From: Camelus dromedarius
Taxonomy: Eukaryota
Reading direction: 5' to 3'
DNA: 64,000 nt
Assembly (NCBI RefSeq): GCF_036321535.1
Contig: NC_087437.1
Location: 18,912,001 to 18,976,000 of the forward strand
Shown piece after piece: positions 39,071 to 52,650 of the stretch. The position numbers and the translations under genes are program-made. The notes beneath the pieces were generated by a model. That model worked only from the letters and a program-made list of their open reading frames with translations. It was not told the DNA's origin and made no database searches. Position 1 is the first letter of the stretch. Each line of letters opens with the position of its first letter.

Positions 39071-40187
39071 CCCCCATGGACAGTCGTGAGTGGATGGTAG
39101 AGCCACAGAGACCTGGGAGCCTGTCCTGGCTTAGCCGCTGGGTTATATAGGCTTGGCTCAGTCAGTGCTTGAAAGGATTAAACGGGTAGTCGATGTAGTT
39201 AGCACAGTGCCTGGCACAGAGGAGGGCTCAGTGATGTGGGTTTCTTCCTCCCCCTGTTGGGAGGGAAGAAATGAGAGGGGCCACCTCCTAGTCTGTCCTC
39301 CTACTGTTTCAGCCTCCCTGCCCTCCCCTGGGCTCCATAGGACCCTTTGTACTGACACCAGAAGGTCTTTGATTCTTGACAGTTTGATCCATTTCTCAGT
39401 TTAATTATCTTGGCTGCATGGGAAAGGCCGCACTGGACCGTGTAGAGAACACTTGACTAGACTTTTAGAGACCCTGGTTCTAGTCCAGTCCCAGGTCTGA
39501 GACATGGACAACTTCTGTCTCTCTGGACCCCAGTTTCCCTAACAATAAAATGGAGCATTTGTTCACACACAGGACCAGTGTGCACATGTACTGCATATGC
39601 AGCCACCTCTGGTTCTGCACCCGCTGTAGACATGATCAGTCTATTGCAGCATCTTTATCAGGGGTCCTGGATGTGGCTGCAGAGTCCTCCCTCACACATG
39701 GAGGCAATTACTGTCAACTGGTTATAGAGTTGGAATGACAGAGTCTCTTGGGTATTTCTGAAATAGTTGTCTGCTAAGGGTCCTTTCAGAGCTTAACTCT
39801 ACCAGCTGAACCTTTAATGCTCTGAGGGCCAGTATAAAGAGCGTGGGTCTGAAATGAGGGGAGTGGATTCTAGCTCTAGGAACATCTCCTTGCAGCTCTG
39901 TGATCTTGGGCAAGTTGCTTACACCCTCTGAGTCCTGTTTTCTCATTAGTAAAAAGAGAGTCCTAACACATGCTCTGGCAGTTGGCATTGTTGTGAGGCT
40001 GAATCACTGTAGCCTCCCTGAAGACAGGGCCTGCGTCCCTGTTAGTGCTGCTCCCTCTGTGCCTAGAACAGGGTCTGATCCAGATGGAGCAGGCGTTCCA
40101 TGAATTTTGTTGAATTGAAGCACAGTAAAATATGAAACCTGTAGAAATGGAAGAAACTACATCCCGGTGAAATGTATCTCTAGAGAA

Positions 40188-40385
40188 GTAGTTCTCAGTC
40201 TTCTTGGAGCATAAGGCTGGTCAGGGAGCCCTTTTAACTTGTAGATTCCTGGGCCCTAACGCATGGCTGATCCAGGATCCCTGGGGTGGGACCTAGGAAT
40301 CCACAGGTTCAACAAGTTTGATCCATTTGATCTTGGGAATTCTGCTGCAGGTAGTCCAGGGTCTACTCTGTGGGAAATACAGCTC
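40188..40385. mobile_element. MER5A-like hAT element
   Basis: agtagttctca...tagattcctgggccct...ggggtgggacctaggaatc. Confidence 0.6.
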
Positions 40386-43300
40386 CAGAACTGGAGGCTC
40401 AGAGTGGAAGTTAGAAACAGACATGCCTTGGTTTGCTGCTAGTTATTCTCCAGAAATTGAGTTCCCACTTTGGAGTTCCCAGAGCCACTGCATCTGTGAG
40501 GGGGTCACTTGGAAAGACGGTGCTCTCCTCTTCTCATTGGCTGCCTCCATGAGAGGCTGATCCTCGCTCACAGATGCTCTTAGGTTTCTGGGCTCTGACC
40601 TGCGAGGCCCACATAGAAAGCAGCCAGGATGGGGGCATTTCCCCTTTTATCTCAAGTAAAATGGGAGTGTTGGGGGGTCTAGGTTGCCTGTGCTGCTCAT
40701 CACCAGTTATCCTGTGTCAATTCTATGTCACTCTTCCCTACTCCATCCATAAACCTCAGGCCAGGATCCTTGAGAAAGGGCAGCCAGGAGGCAGGTTGAC
40801 TGGAGCTCAGCCAGGGTACTCTGGTTGGGATAGGGTGTGTGTGTTTGTGTGTGTGTATGTGTGTATGTGTGTGTGAGAGAGAGGGACAGAGACAGAGAGG
40901 GAGAGATTGATTCCTGATGTTGGCTGTCTACATGGTTCCTAAAACGACTGAGTGGAAAGTGAAAAACAGTCAAATATTTGGGGTTTTACTCTGCAAGTTA
41001 CTAAACATAGAGACCCATGTATTAGATGGAAGTTGAAATGTTTCATCCTGATGTTTTTGGGTGTGATGATGCTGCTTGCAAATAGGTGACTGGCTAAAAT
41101 TTGTCTTTGGATGATACTACTTTGCAGTAACATTCATCCTATCATTCGGGCTGAATTCATGAATTATTAAGAGAGAAATTTTTCTGCTTTTGTTAAAATT
41201 TCAAAATAAATCCAAGTAAAAAAATTATGATTCTTTCCTTTTCCTCCCAGGGCCTTCTTCCCACAGTGAACAAGTTCTGTTAACTTCATGGGCTTCTTAT
41301 AAGGATTACACAAGTTAATACATGAAATGTCCTTACAGTGGTGCCTGATAAATTCTCATAAAATGATGCCCATTTTTCTTTACCACCACCACCACTCCTA
41401 CAGATGCATCCTGTTAACTAACATAAATCCAGCTGGTTTATCCCAAACCAGCAGGGAATTATGTTTCCTACAGTCAGCAAATTCTCAGCCAACTGAACTG
41501 TCATACTTTAAGTGAGGAGATCTTTGTACCTTTAGCCACTGGGACACGGAGGCCATGCTGGACTTCATTGCCTTTATAAATAAAAGTTGATAGGCACAGC
41601 CTAATTTTCCTCTGGTCTCCTGGGCTCTGAATTCAGAACACCAACCGGCAGTATGGTCAGGCCACAACATGGCCCATGGCAAGTGCTTCTTGAATTGCTT
41701 TTCTTCTCTTTGTTTTTTACGGTGCTCCCTCCCCATTCAGATAATCAACTGTCTCTATTTCCAGAAATCTTCTCTCCTCTGCCTCCTAACTTGCTGCACC
41801 AAATCTTTGAGGCCCTCAAGATAAACAAGCAGGACAGATAAGAGGAAGTATATGCAATGCCTGAAGGCTGCTTTTGCTTACTCTTAGGTTGCTAGTGATG
41901 TTTTGGAGAGTTATGATTGTCATGCAAATACCTTCTAGAGAAGAAAAGGGTTACTTGGACTTTACACTCGAGTGGGATGTGGGAGACCCTCTGAATCCAG
42001 CACAAGGGCCAGATATGCTCAACCATCCCTGGTTCAGCAACCAACCTGGTCGGAGGCTCTAACGAGCCTCCTTGCTCAGGCTTCCTGCTGCCCTAGCTTG
42101 CTCAGCCTGTCTCAGAAGTGAAACCAGATGGCCAGGGTGGGTAGTGAGGGAGACCCACAAAAAGACCCCAGGGAAAACTGAGCTCCTGGTCCCACCCACT
42201 GCCCCAAGCTGCTTCTGAATCAGTTCATCCATGAACAAACCCAAAAATTCCTTTTATCTCCCAATCACCAAGAATCTGATCCTTTATTTAGTCCCAAAAC
42301 TCGGAAACTAATCTTTTATTTATCTCTACTGTAATCCTACTTCAGGCTGTGTATGGAATATACCGCTTGGGAACAAACCTCTAGGATTTCAGAAGGACCC
42401 TCAGTCAGGGACGCATCAGGGCTTATGAGGGAAAGGAAAACCAGGGCCAGGATGTTTTGGTTCCATGTGCGAATTGGAGGAAGAACGTGCCTCATTTGAG
42501 CTCGCGTGATGGAGAATGAGCGAGCGCCCTAATCACCAAACCACAGTAGAGGGCGGCATGATGTCAGGCCCCAGCAAGGCAAGCTGGTTAAACAATTACC
42601 CCAGCTTCCTTTACCGCTGCTGGCTCGGCCCTCGAGCATGCTGAGTGGTCCCAGACAGCCGTCTGTCAGCCTGGTTTCATCCTCTCTTGGTAGATCTGGG
42701 GCCAAACTGCACAGCCAGTGTGGCAGAGAGTGCCAGCCTGCCGGCTGCTCCCACCCATCCATCCTTAGCAGGCTGACTCCCAGCAGGGCCCTGAGAGGTC
42801 TGCCTTGTCCCTGGAGGTCTTCCAGACCCCCATCTCTGCTTTCATTCTTGCAATCAACAAATATTTCTTCTTCCTCTTTGGCTATCATGTGCCAGGCCCA
42901 GGATGGGGCTGGCCATTCAGCGGTGAACAGGGCACTGTCCCTGCCGTCACAGAGCTAATAGACCTTGTAGAGAAAGCAATCCGATGCTGAATATTTGTTT
43001 CACTGAAATTATGATGGAAGGAGGGGAGGGGCCACATGGGGGTTTTGGGAGTCTGTAATGAGACAATGAAGCTAGTGCTGACAGAGGCTGGTAAGGTGAC
43101 TGTTGGAGGATAAGCAGGAGTTTGCAAGGTGCAGAGCTGGAGGATTGAGGAGTGTTTTGACGAATTCCTCCACTCTCTTTGGCTTTTCAGCTTTTTCATG
43201 CCTCTCTTGAAACCTGAGCTCCTGACTTGGGCCTCAGGGGCATTTAGCATGGGGCATTCAAAACTCCATTTCCGGAAACTGCCTCTGGGCCCCAGCCCCT

Positions 43301-45122
43301 CATATCACCCCCCAGAACCAGCCAGCTGGTCTGTCCGTTCCCCAGCCCCCTGCTGGGGAGGCAGCGGCCCAGTCTTGGTCTTTCTTTCACCAACTCACAG
43401 TCTTCCGCCCTCACACGTTCCTGATTCACACACCGTGTCAGCTGGATTCTCCAGGGCTTTCTCAGCACCTGCTGTCCCCCCAGGGAGGCATCTCGCTTTG
43501 TCCATGTATTCTCTCTCTCAGAAGCTCGCTTCTTCACTTCACCAACGCGCCCTCGGCCAGGAGCAGGCCTGGTTCTGGGGCCTGGCTAAGGCTGAGGGAG
43601 AGCTTAGAAGAGGGCCGGGGGTGGGGGTCAGCGAAGGCTTCCAGGCAGAATGGGGCTGAAGAGGAGTTTGCGGGGGACACTGCTCTTCTGTCCCCTTCTA
43701 CTCTTTCCCTTTCTATTCTTCACCCTCTACTCTGGCCTGTCATGGGTGTTTCCCGGCTTCAGCCTCAAGGGATAGAGCTGAGAGGGCCCTTGGAGATGTG
43801 ATCTGACACCTGCCCATTTGACAGATGAGGATAGTGAGGTCCCTAGAGGGGAGGGGTTTGCACAGTCATGCCTCTGAAGGAAACATGATGGCTAGTTCCT
43901 TGTATTGTTCCAGAGCCTAAGACATACTCCTTCCCGGTTATAAAGGCTTCCTTCAGAGTGTAAACCAGTTCTCTCCTCTGAGGACGGCCCCTCCCTGCCC
44001 CTCATAATTGCCCGACACTCTCTAGGGAGGGATTTGTAGGAGTCTCAGTGCCTTCCTGCTTTGGGCAGGGGAGCCTGGCAAAGTTATATGCTGGGATCCT
44101 CATGGGACTGTCTCCAGGGAGGGCCCCTCTGGGCTGCTGTCCTACTAGACCTCACCTGAGACAGTGAAGCTTCACTGTTAAGAGCTGTGAGACTTTGGGC
44201 ACTCAATTTAACAGCCTGTGAAACCCAGTTTTGTCATCTGCAAAATGAGGATAACAACATGTCTAGAAGCAGCTTGAATGAGATGATGTCTGAGAAGTAC
44301 CTGGTACATAGCAAGTGCCCAGCTTCAACTGCTGTTATCGTAGGTCACTGCCTGGGCCAGATAGTCACGGTGGTCAGGGAAGGCATGGGAACTTCTGGAA
44401 TGCTGTGTCCAGGTCTAGGGGGAGGGGAGGGAGAGGCTGGTGGGCCAGGCCTTTGATGAGGCCTCTGGGAAAGTGAGTCTTTCCCCCTCTACCTGATTTT
44501 GATGGATAGGTTGGTGGAGGATGGGAGTGGAATTAGAGGACCACAGCTTAGTAAGCAATAAGATGCTGGAGTCCTTGTCAGTTTAACGGGGAAAGGAAGA
44601 AAACTACAGGAAATGTCCAGATACTGCTTCTGATGCGCATGACAGGCACTGATGCTTCAGTCATGGGGTCCTACCTGTGTTTTTGGGGGTCTTCATGCAG
44701 ACTTAGCTTACAGGGCTTTGAGCTCGTGACAGCCTCAGCTTGATGAGTGTATTTAAAAGGAACCCAGCTCAGAACAGAGTTCATGTTAAAGCCAGGTCTC
44801 TGGGGAACAGGAGGACAAATGATTCTCTGACTGTGTTCTCTGAACACACACACACAGACACATACCCCTCCAGCTGATGAACCCGTCCAGAGAAGCACAC
44901 ACCCATAAAATGTCCCATTAGACCAGGGGAAACTGAGGCACAGAGACCTTGAGTGACACTTGATGTGTTAGTAGAGCAACTTGGACTAGAATCTGAGTTT
45001 GTGGACTCATCTTTTCTCTCCTCTTCCTTTTTTTTTTTTTTTTTTGATAAGAAATTTGATTTTTATTCCAAAAACTGAGAAACCATTATTGTAAGCTAGA
45101 GAGTGAGATGAGGCAACTTACA

Positions 45123-46078
45123 CTTATTTTTCCCCCTACTTTATTTATTTATTAAAAAATTTACATATATGTACTGTTCATTGTTTCTAAGAACAGTTTA
45201 GAGCTTTAGCTTTTTAAACTTACATAGTTATCAAAGGAATAAAGCCAACCACAAAATAAGAATCAACAGAATGCAGTAATCCAATCATAAAGGACTTACA
45301 CATATTCAAGAAATCAGTCATCTAAGTTATAAATAGTAAGTAGTTCATTTGTGTCCCTTTTTTTTAGATTCCACATATAAGCAGTATCATATAGCATTTT
45401 TCTTTCTCTTTCTGGCTTACTTCACTTAGAATGATGTTCTCCAGGTCTTTCCATGTTGCTGCAAATGGCATTTTATTCTTTTTTAAACATGAGTAGTATT
45501 CTGTTGTATATATGTACCACATCTTTATCCAGTATCTGTTGATGGGCATTTGGGTCATTTCCCTGTCTTGACTATTATAAATAGTGCTGCTAGGAACACT
45601 GGGGTGCATGTGTCTTTTTGAATTATATTTTTCTCCGAGTATATGCCCAGGAGTGGAATTGCTGGATCATGTGGTAAGTCTGTTTTTAGTTTTTTAGGGA
45701 ACCTCCATAGTGGTTGCACCAATTTACATTCCACAACAGTATAGGAGGATTCCTTTTTCTCCATACCCTCTCCAGCATTTATCATTTGTAGACTTTTTAA
45801 TGATGGCCATTTTGGCTGGTGTGAGGTGATATCTCATTGTAGTTTTGATTTGTATTTCTCTAACAATTAGTGATGTTGAGCATCTTTTCATGTGCTTACT
45901 GGCCATCTGTCTGTCTTCTTTGGAGAGATGTCTGTTTAGGTCTTTTGCCCATTTTTTGATTGGGTTGCTTATTTTTTGATATTAAGATGTGTGAGCTTTT
46001 TGTATATTTTGGAAATTAGTCCCTTATCGGTCGCATTATTTGCAAATGCTTTCTCCCATTCTGTAAGTTGTCTTTTTG
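45123..46078 (-). mobile_element. 5'-truncated L1 (ORF2 C-terminus plus partial 3' UTR) with a non-L1 3' segment, flanked by TSD
   Basis: ORF2 peptide [30 protein letters not shown] gaggcaacttaca at 45110-45122 and 46079-46091. Confidence 0.85.
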
Positions 46079-47750
46079 GAGGCAACTTACATTTAAAAAG
46101 TAATAGCTTTATTGAAATAAAATTCACATAATATAAAATACCCTTTTATTTTGTCTTTTCCATGTCTGAATTATGATTCTCTAAAGCTGCTTTTTTTTTT
46201 TTTTACATCTTCTCTACAAAATGGAGTTTGCATCCTATACCCCTCACCAAAACAGTGCACTTTTTGTAAAGCTTACCACATTTTTCTAAGACTATTTGCT
46301 TAGTAAGAATATCATTTGGAGTTCTTTTTTAATTAATTTTTTTTTTTAGGTAGAAGACTTACTTTGCATTCCTATTTCCATCCTTTTGCATTTCATCAGG
46401 TCAAAAGAACCTATACGTCTTTCCAGAAGCAAATTATTCTTAAAGAAAAATGAAAGTAAGGTAAAAAGAACAAATATTTAAAACAATTATATTCCTTTCT
46501 ACTTTGTTGTATGCTCTATTGTCACATAGTTGAAAATGAGATTTTAAAAACTAATTTGAATAAATCCATAAAATTGATTATTGAGTCCTCATAAAAATAT
46601 AGTATTTTAATGGTATTATGTGTGTATGTGTAATTGTCATGCTCAGAAAGCATTCTTTGTCAAGACAAAGTACTATACGTTTTTTGTACAGAGAGTTTTG
46701 GAGACAAGATTCTTATGACTGATGTCAGAACTAAAAGCCCCAACAGGATTGTCTATCCTGCACAATGTTCTTTCTTCACTGTTAACATTGACCAATGTGC
46801 TACTGTAGTTCTGGCCTTCAGTTTCTCCGTAACATGGTTATCCTGTCCTGTAATATCTCTATCTCCTTCCCATGCCTATTCCCACCATCTTGGTCACTTC
46901 CTCACTCTGACCAAGGGAAACCAAGTCAGAAAATAATCCCTTTTTAAAAGAACAAATTTGAAGATTCTGTTTTCTTTCTCACCAGCTAGTACAAATGGAT
47001 GTAGTACCTTCAGACTACAACATTATATACTCATCAGTGGAATGAAGAAACTAAATCATAATCTAGTGTTTCAAAAGATCAATTTTTAGATTATGATTTA
47101 ACCTGGAGAGAAATGAGCAAATACCACCCCCCACAAAGGGATTAAAAATGTTGAATTAAAAATTAAAAAATCAAAGAGGAGATAAAAAAATACCTGGAGA
47201 CAAATGAAAAGATGAAAATGGAAACACAGGGATCCAAAATCTATGGAATGCAGCAAAAGCAGTTCTAATAGGGAAGTTTTACAGTGATACAAGCCTACCT
47301 CAGGGAACAGGAAAACTCTCACATAAATAACCCAACCTTACACCCAAAGGAACTGGGAAAAGAAGAACAAAAACCCCCCAAAGTTAGTAGAAGAAAAGAA
47401 ATAATAAAGATCAGAGCAGAAATAAATGAAATGGAAACTATAGAACAGTAGAAAATATAAACAAAATTAACCAGACTCATCAAGAAAAAAAGAGGGAGTA
47501 CCCAAATAAATAAAATGAGAAATGAAAAAGAGATAGAGCTGAAGTGATAGAAATATAAAAGATCATAAGAGGTAAGTATGAACAATTATATGCCAGTAAA
47601 GTGGGCAATCAAGAAGAAATGGATAAAGTCCTAGAAATGTACAATCTTTCTAGACTGAATCAGAAAGAAATAGAAAATATGAACAGACAATTACCAGTAA
47701 TGAAACTGAATTAGTAACAAAGAACTCCCAACAAACAAAAGTCCAGGATT

Positions 47751-47894
47751 TTTGTTTTGTTTTTTATTTTTTGGAGGGGAGGTGATTAGGTTTAGTTATT
47801 ATTTTAAAAAACTTAATGGAGGTACTGGAGATTGAACTCATGACCTTGTGCATGCTAAGCATGCACTCTACCACTGAGCTATACTCTCCCTGCT
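47751..47894 (-). mobile_element. Vic-1-like SINE with 14-bp TSD
   Basis: ggaggtactggagattgaac...catgctaagcatgcactctaccactgagctata. TSD aaaagtccaggatt at 47737-47750 and 47895-47908. Confidence 0.88.
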
Positions 47895-48514
47895 AAAAGT
47901 CCAGGATTAAATGGCTTCACTGGTAAATGCTACCAAACATTTAAGAAGAGTTAATGCCCATTGTTCTCAAACTAGTCAAAACAATTGAGGAAAAGTTGAA
48001 GAGGAAAATTCAAAAAAATTGAAGTGGAATGACTTATGAACTCATTCTTTGAGGCCAGAATTATCCTGATACTAAAACCAGTCAAAGAAACCACAAAAAA
48101 AGAAAATTACAGGCCAGTATCCTCAAGGGAACATAAATGCAAAAATCCTCAACAAAATGCTAGCAAACCAAATTCAATAATACACTAAAAGGATCATATA
48201 CCCTGATCTAGTGGGATTTATTCCAGGGATGCAAGGATGGTTCAACATCTGCAAATCAACAATGATACACCACATCAACAAATTGAAGGATAAAAATCAC
48301 ATGATTATCTCAATAGATGCAGAAAAAGAATTTGACAAAATCCAACATTCATTTATGATTAAAAACTCTCAAGGAAGTGGGTATACAGAAAACATACCTC
48401 AGCATAATAAATGCTGTATGACAAACTCATAGCCAATATCATACTCAGTTGTGAAAATTTGAAAGCATTTCCCCTAAGATCAGCAATAAGACAAGGTTGC
48501 CCATTCTTGCCACT

Positions 48515-48681
48515 TTTTTTTTTGTTTTTGTTTTTGTTTTGGGTGGGGAGAGGTAATTAGGTTTATTAATTAGGTTATTTATTAATTTTTTTTATTTATT
48601 GGAGGTACTGGGGCTCAAACCCATGATCTCATGCTAAGCATGTGCTCTATGTGCTCTACCACTGAGCTGTATCCTCCCCCC
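48515..48681 (-). mobile_element. Vic-1-like SINE
   Basis: ggaggtactgggg...atgctaagcatgtgctct...accactgagct, with a T-rich tail. Confidence 0.8.
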
Positions 48682-48909
48682 AACTTTTATTCATCATCGT
48701 ATTGGAAGTCTTAGACACAGCAATCAGACAAGAAAAAGAAATAAGGCATACAAATTGGAAAGGAAGAAGTAAAACTTTCAGTTTGTAGATGATGTGATAC
48801 TATATATAGAAAATTCTGAAGATGCCAGCAAAAAACTGTTAAAACTACTAAGTAAATTCATTAAAATTGAAAGATACAAAATTAATATACAGAAATATGT
48901 TGCATTTCT

Positions 48910-49433
48910 TTTTTTATTTCTATATTTTATCGACATGTAGTTGATTTACAGTGTTTCAGGTATACAGCAAAGTGACTCAGATTCTTTTCCATTATAGGTT
49001 ATTACAGTATATTGATTATAGTTCCCTGTGCTATAGAGTAGGTCCTTAGTGTTTATCTATCTTGTGTGTCGTGTGTATTTGTTAATCCCAAATATCCAAT
49101 TTAGCCCTTCTCCTTTCCCCTTTTCTTTGGTAATGGTAAGTGTGTTTTCTGTGTCCATGAGTCTATTTCTGTTTTGTAAATAAGTTCATTTGTATCATTT
49201 TTTAGATTCCACATGTAGATGATATCATATATTTGTCTTTCTCTGACTGACTTCACTTAGTATGTTAATCTCTAGGTCCATCCATGTTGCTGCAAATGGC
49301 ATTATTTTACTTTTTTAATGACTGAGTAATATTCCACAATATATGTATATACCCATCTTCTTTATCTAGTCATCTGTCGATGGACATTTTTGTTGCTTCT
49401 GTGTCTTGGATATTGTAAATAGTGCTGCCATGA
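48910..49433 (-). mobile_element. Nested L1 3' fragment with TSD
   Basis: TSD atgttgcatttct at 48897-48909 and 49434-49446. Confidence 0.88.
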
Positions 49434-50759
49434 ATGTTGCATTTCTATATACTAACAAAAAACTATCAGAAAGTGATATTAAGAATATCACATTTACAGT
49501 TACATAAAAAAACCCTAAAAATAAATCTATAAACAAGGAGGTGAAAGACTTGTAGTCAGAAAACTATAAGATGCTGATGAAAGAAATCAAAGCTGACACA
49601 AATGGCAAGATACACTGTGCTCATAGATTGGAAGAATTAACGTTGTTAATATGCTCATACCCAAGGCAATCTATAGATTTAATGCAATCCCTGTGAACAT
49701 ATCCATGGCAATTTTCACAAAACTAGAGCAAATAATTCTCAAATTTGTATGGAAACACAGAAGATCCTAAAAAGTCAAAACAATCTTGAGAAATAAGAAC
49801 AAAGCTGGAAGTATCACACTCCTTTATTTCAAACTATACTACAAAGCAATAGTAATCAAGACAGTGTGGTATTAGCACAACAATAGACATGTAGATCAAT
49901 GGAACAGAATAGAGAGCCCAGAAATGAATCTACACTTATATGGTCAATTAATCTATGACAAAGGAGATAAGAGTATACATTGAGGAAAAGGTAGCCTCTT
50001 CAGTAAATGGTGTTAGGAAAACTTGACAGCTACGTTCAAAAGATTCAAACTGGACTACTTTTTCACATCATATATAATAATAAACTCAAAATGGGTTAAA
50101 GACTTAAATGTAAGACCTGAAATCATAAAATTTCTAAAAGAAGACATAGGCAGTATGCTCTTTTATGTCATTCTTAGGAGAACATTTTTGGATCTGTTGC
50201 TCAGGCAATGGAAACAAAAGCAAAAATAAACAAATGGTAGCTAACCATATTAAAAAGCTTGTGCACAGCAAAGGAAGCCATCAACAAAATGAAAAGGCTG
50301 CCTATTGAACAGGAGAAGGTATTTGTAAACCATATCTCTGATAAGGGGTTTATATTCAGAGTATACCAAGAACTCATACAACTCAACATCAAAAAATAAA
50401 AAAGTGGGCAGAAGATCTGAATAGACATTTTTCCAAAGAAGACATACAGATGGCCAACAGACACCTGAAAAGATGCTCAACATCACTAATCATTAGGGAA
50501 ATGCAAATCAAAATCACAATGAGGTATTGCCCCACATATATCAGAACGGCTATTATCAAAAAGAGCAAATGACAAGTACTGGTGAGGATATCTTGTAAAG
50601 GGAATCTTCATGCACTGTTGGTGGGAATGTAAATTGGTGCAGCCACTTTCGAAAACAGTATGGGGGTCCCTCAAAAAATTAAAAATGGAACTACCATATG
50701 ATCCAGCAATTTCACTTCTGGATTTTTTTTTTTCTGCAAAGAAAACAAAAACACTAATT

Positions 50760-50794
50760 TGAGACTGATGCACTGCCTACTGCGCTAAGGAGGC
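50760..50794 (-). pseudogene. Tailless retrocopy of the 5' half of elongator tRNA-Met(CAT)
   Basis: Minus strand reads GCCTCCTTAGCGCAGTAGGCAGTGCATCAGTCTCA. Flanked by a 17-bp TSD caaaaacactaatttga at 50746-50762 and 50799-50815. Confidence 0.85.
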
Positions 50795-51399
50795 AACTCA
50801 AAAACACTAATTTGAAAAGATACATATATATATATATCCCTGTGTTCACTGGAGCATTATTCACAATAGCCAAGACATGGAAGCAACCGAAGTGCTCATC
50901 AATAGATGGATGGATAAAGATGTGGTATATAATGGAATATTACTCAGGCATAGAAAAGAATGAAATCTTGTCATCTGCAACATGAATGGACCTAGAGTGT
51001 ATTATGCCAAGTGAAATAAGACAAAGAAAGAGAAACACAAATACTGTATGATTTCATTTATGTGTGGAATCTAAAAAGCAAAGGAACAAAAGTAAGAAAA
51101 CAGAAGTCATAGATACAGAGAACAAAGAGGTAGGGATTAGAGGGGAGGACATTGGAAGATGAGTGAAATGGCTGAAGGAAATTAAGAGGTACAAACTTCC
51201 AGTTACAAAATAAATTAGTCTCGGGGGTGAAATGTACAGTGTAGGGAATACAGTCAATAATAAGGTATATGGTGACCTTTGTATGGTGACCAATGATGAC
51301 TAGACTTATTTGGTGATTATTTTGAAATGTGTAGAAATCACTATGTTGTGCACCAGATACACAGACAGCGCACTAACAGTGTTGTAGGTCAAGGTATTA

Positions 51400-52650
51400 C
51401 CTTAAAAACAAACAAACAAATAAACTCATGGAAAAAGAGATCAGATTTGTGGTTATCAGAGGTGAGGGGGTCTGGGGAGGAGGATTTGGATGAAGGTTGT
51501 CAAAAGATACAAACTTCCAGTTATAAGACAAATCAGTACTAGAAATGTAATGTACATGATTAATATAGTTAACACTGCTGTACAATATATATGAAAGTTA
51601 AGAGAGTAAATTCTAAGAGTTCTCATCACAAGGAAAAAAATTTTTTTCTTTTATGTTGTATGTATCTGAGATGATGGAATTTTAAAATTTAAAAATTTTT
51701 TTATTGAAGTATAGTCAATTTACAATGTGTCAATTTCTAGTGTACAACATAATGTTTCAGTCATACATATACAAACATACATTCATTTTCATTATAAGTT
51801 TCTACAAGATATTGAATATAGTTCCCTGTGCTATATAGTATAAACTTGTTGTTTATCTATTTTATATATAGTAGTTAGTATCTGCAAATCTCTAACTCCC
51901 AGTTTATCCCTTCCCACTCCCTTTATACCCTGGTAACCATAAATTTGTTTTCTATGTGTGTGAGTCTGTTTCTGTTTTGTAAATAAGTTCATTTGTGTCT
52001 TTTAAAAAAATTCCACATATAAGTGATATCATATGGTATTTTTCTTTCTCTTTCTGTCATACTTCACTTAGAATGACGATCTCCAGGTCCATCCATGTTG
52101 CTGCAAATGACATTATTTTATTCTTTTTTATGGCTGAGTAGTATTCCATTGTATATATACCACAACTTCTTTATCCAGCTATCTGTTGATGGACATTTAG
52201 GTTGTTTCCATGTCTTGGCTGTTGTAAATAGTGCTAGTGTGAACATTGGGGTGCATGTGTCTTTTCGAATTATAGAGTTCCCTCTGGATATATGCCCAGG
52301 AGTGGGACTGCTGGATCAAATGGTAAGTCTGTTTTTAGTTTTTTGAGGAATCTTCATGCTGTCCAAACTGCACCAAACTACATTCCCACCAACAGTGTAG
52401 GAGGGTTCCCTTTTCTCCACAGCCTCTCCTGCATTTATTGTTTGTGGACTTTTGAATGATGGCCATTCTGACTGGTGTGAGGTGATACCTCATTGTAGTT
52501 TTGATTTGCATTTGAGATGATGGATGTTCACTAAGCTTATTGTGGCAATCATTTCGTGATGTATGTAAGTCAAATCATTATGCTGTATATCTTAAATTTG
52601 TACAATGCTGTATGTCATTAAATCTCAATAAAACTGGAAGAAAACATTAA
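51400..52650 (+). mobile_element. Second L1 3' UTR segment, split by a nested insertion
   Basis: aaactcatggaaaaagagatcagatttgtggtt...tctcatcacaagg; resumes at 52525 and ends aatctcaataaaactgg. Confidence 0.75.
51679..52512 (-). mobile_element. Nested L1 3' fragment with TSD
   Basis: TSD tgagatgatgga at 51667-51678 and 52513-52524. Confidence 0.88.

Larger units (their letters stand above)
47160..51330 (+). mobile_element. Degenerate L1 ORF2 (RT and C-terminus) plus 3' UTR, with nested insertions
   Basis: [15 protein letters not shown]...[22 protein letters not shown] and INSKWVKDLNVRPE, with many stops and frameshifts. Confidence 0.92.

Noticed and set aside
47819..47890. Functional tRNA-Ala genes
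   Set aside because: The tRNA-like heads carry A-rich tails, TSDs and mismatches, so they are SINEs.
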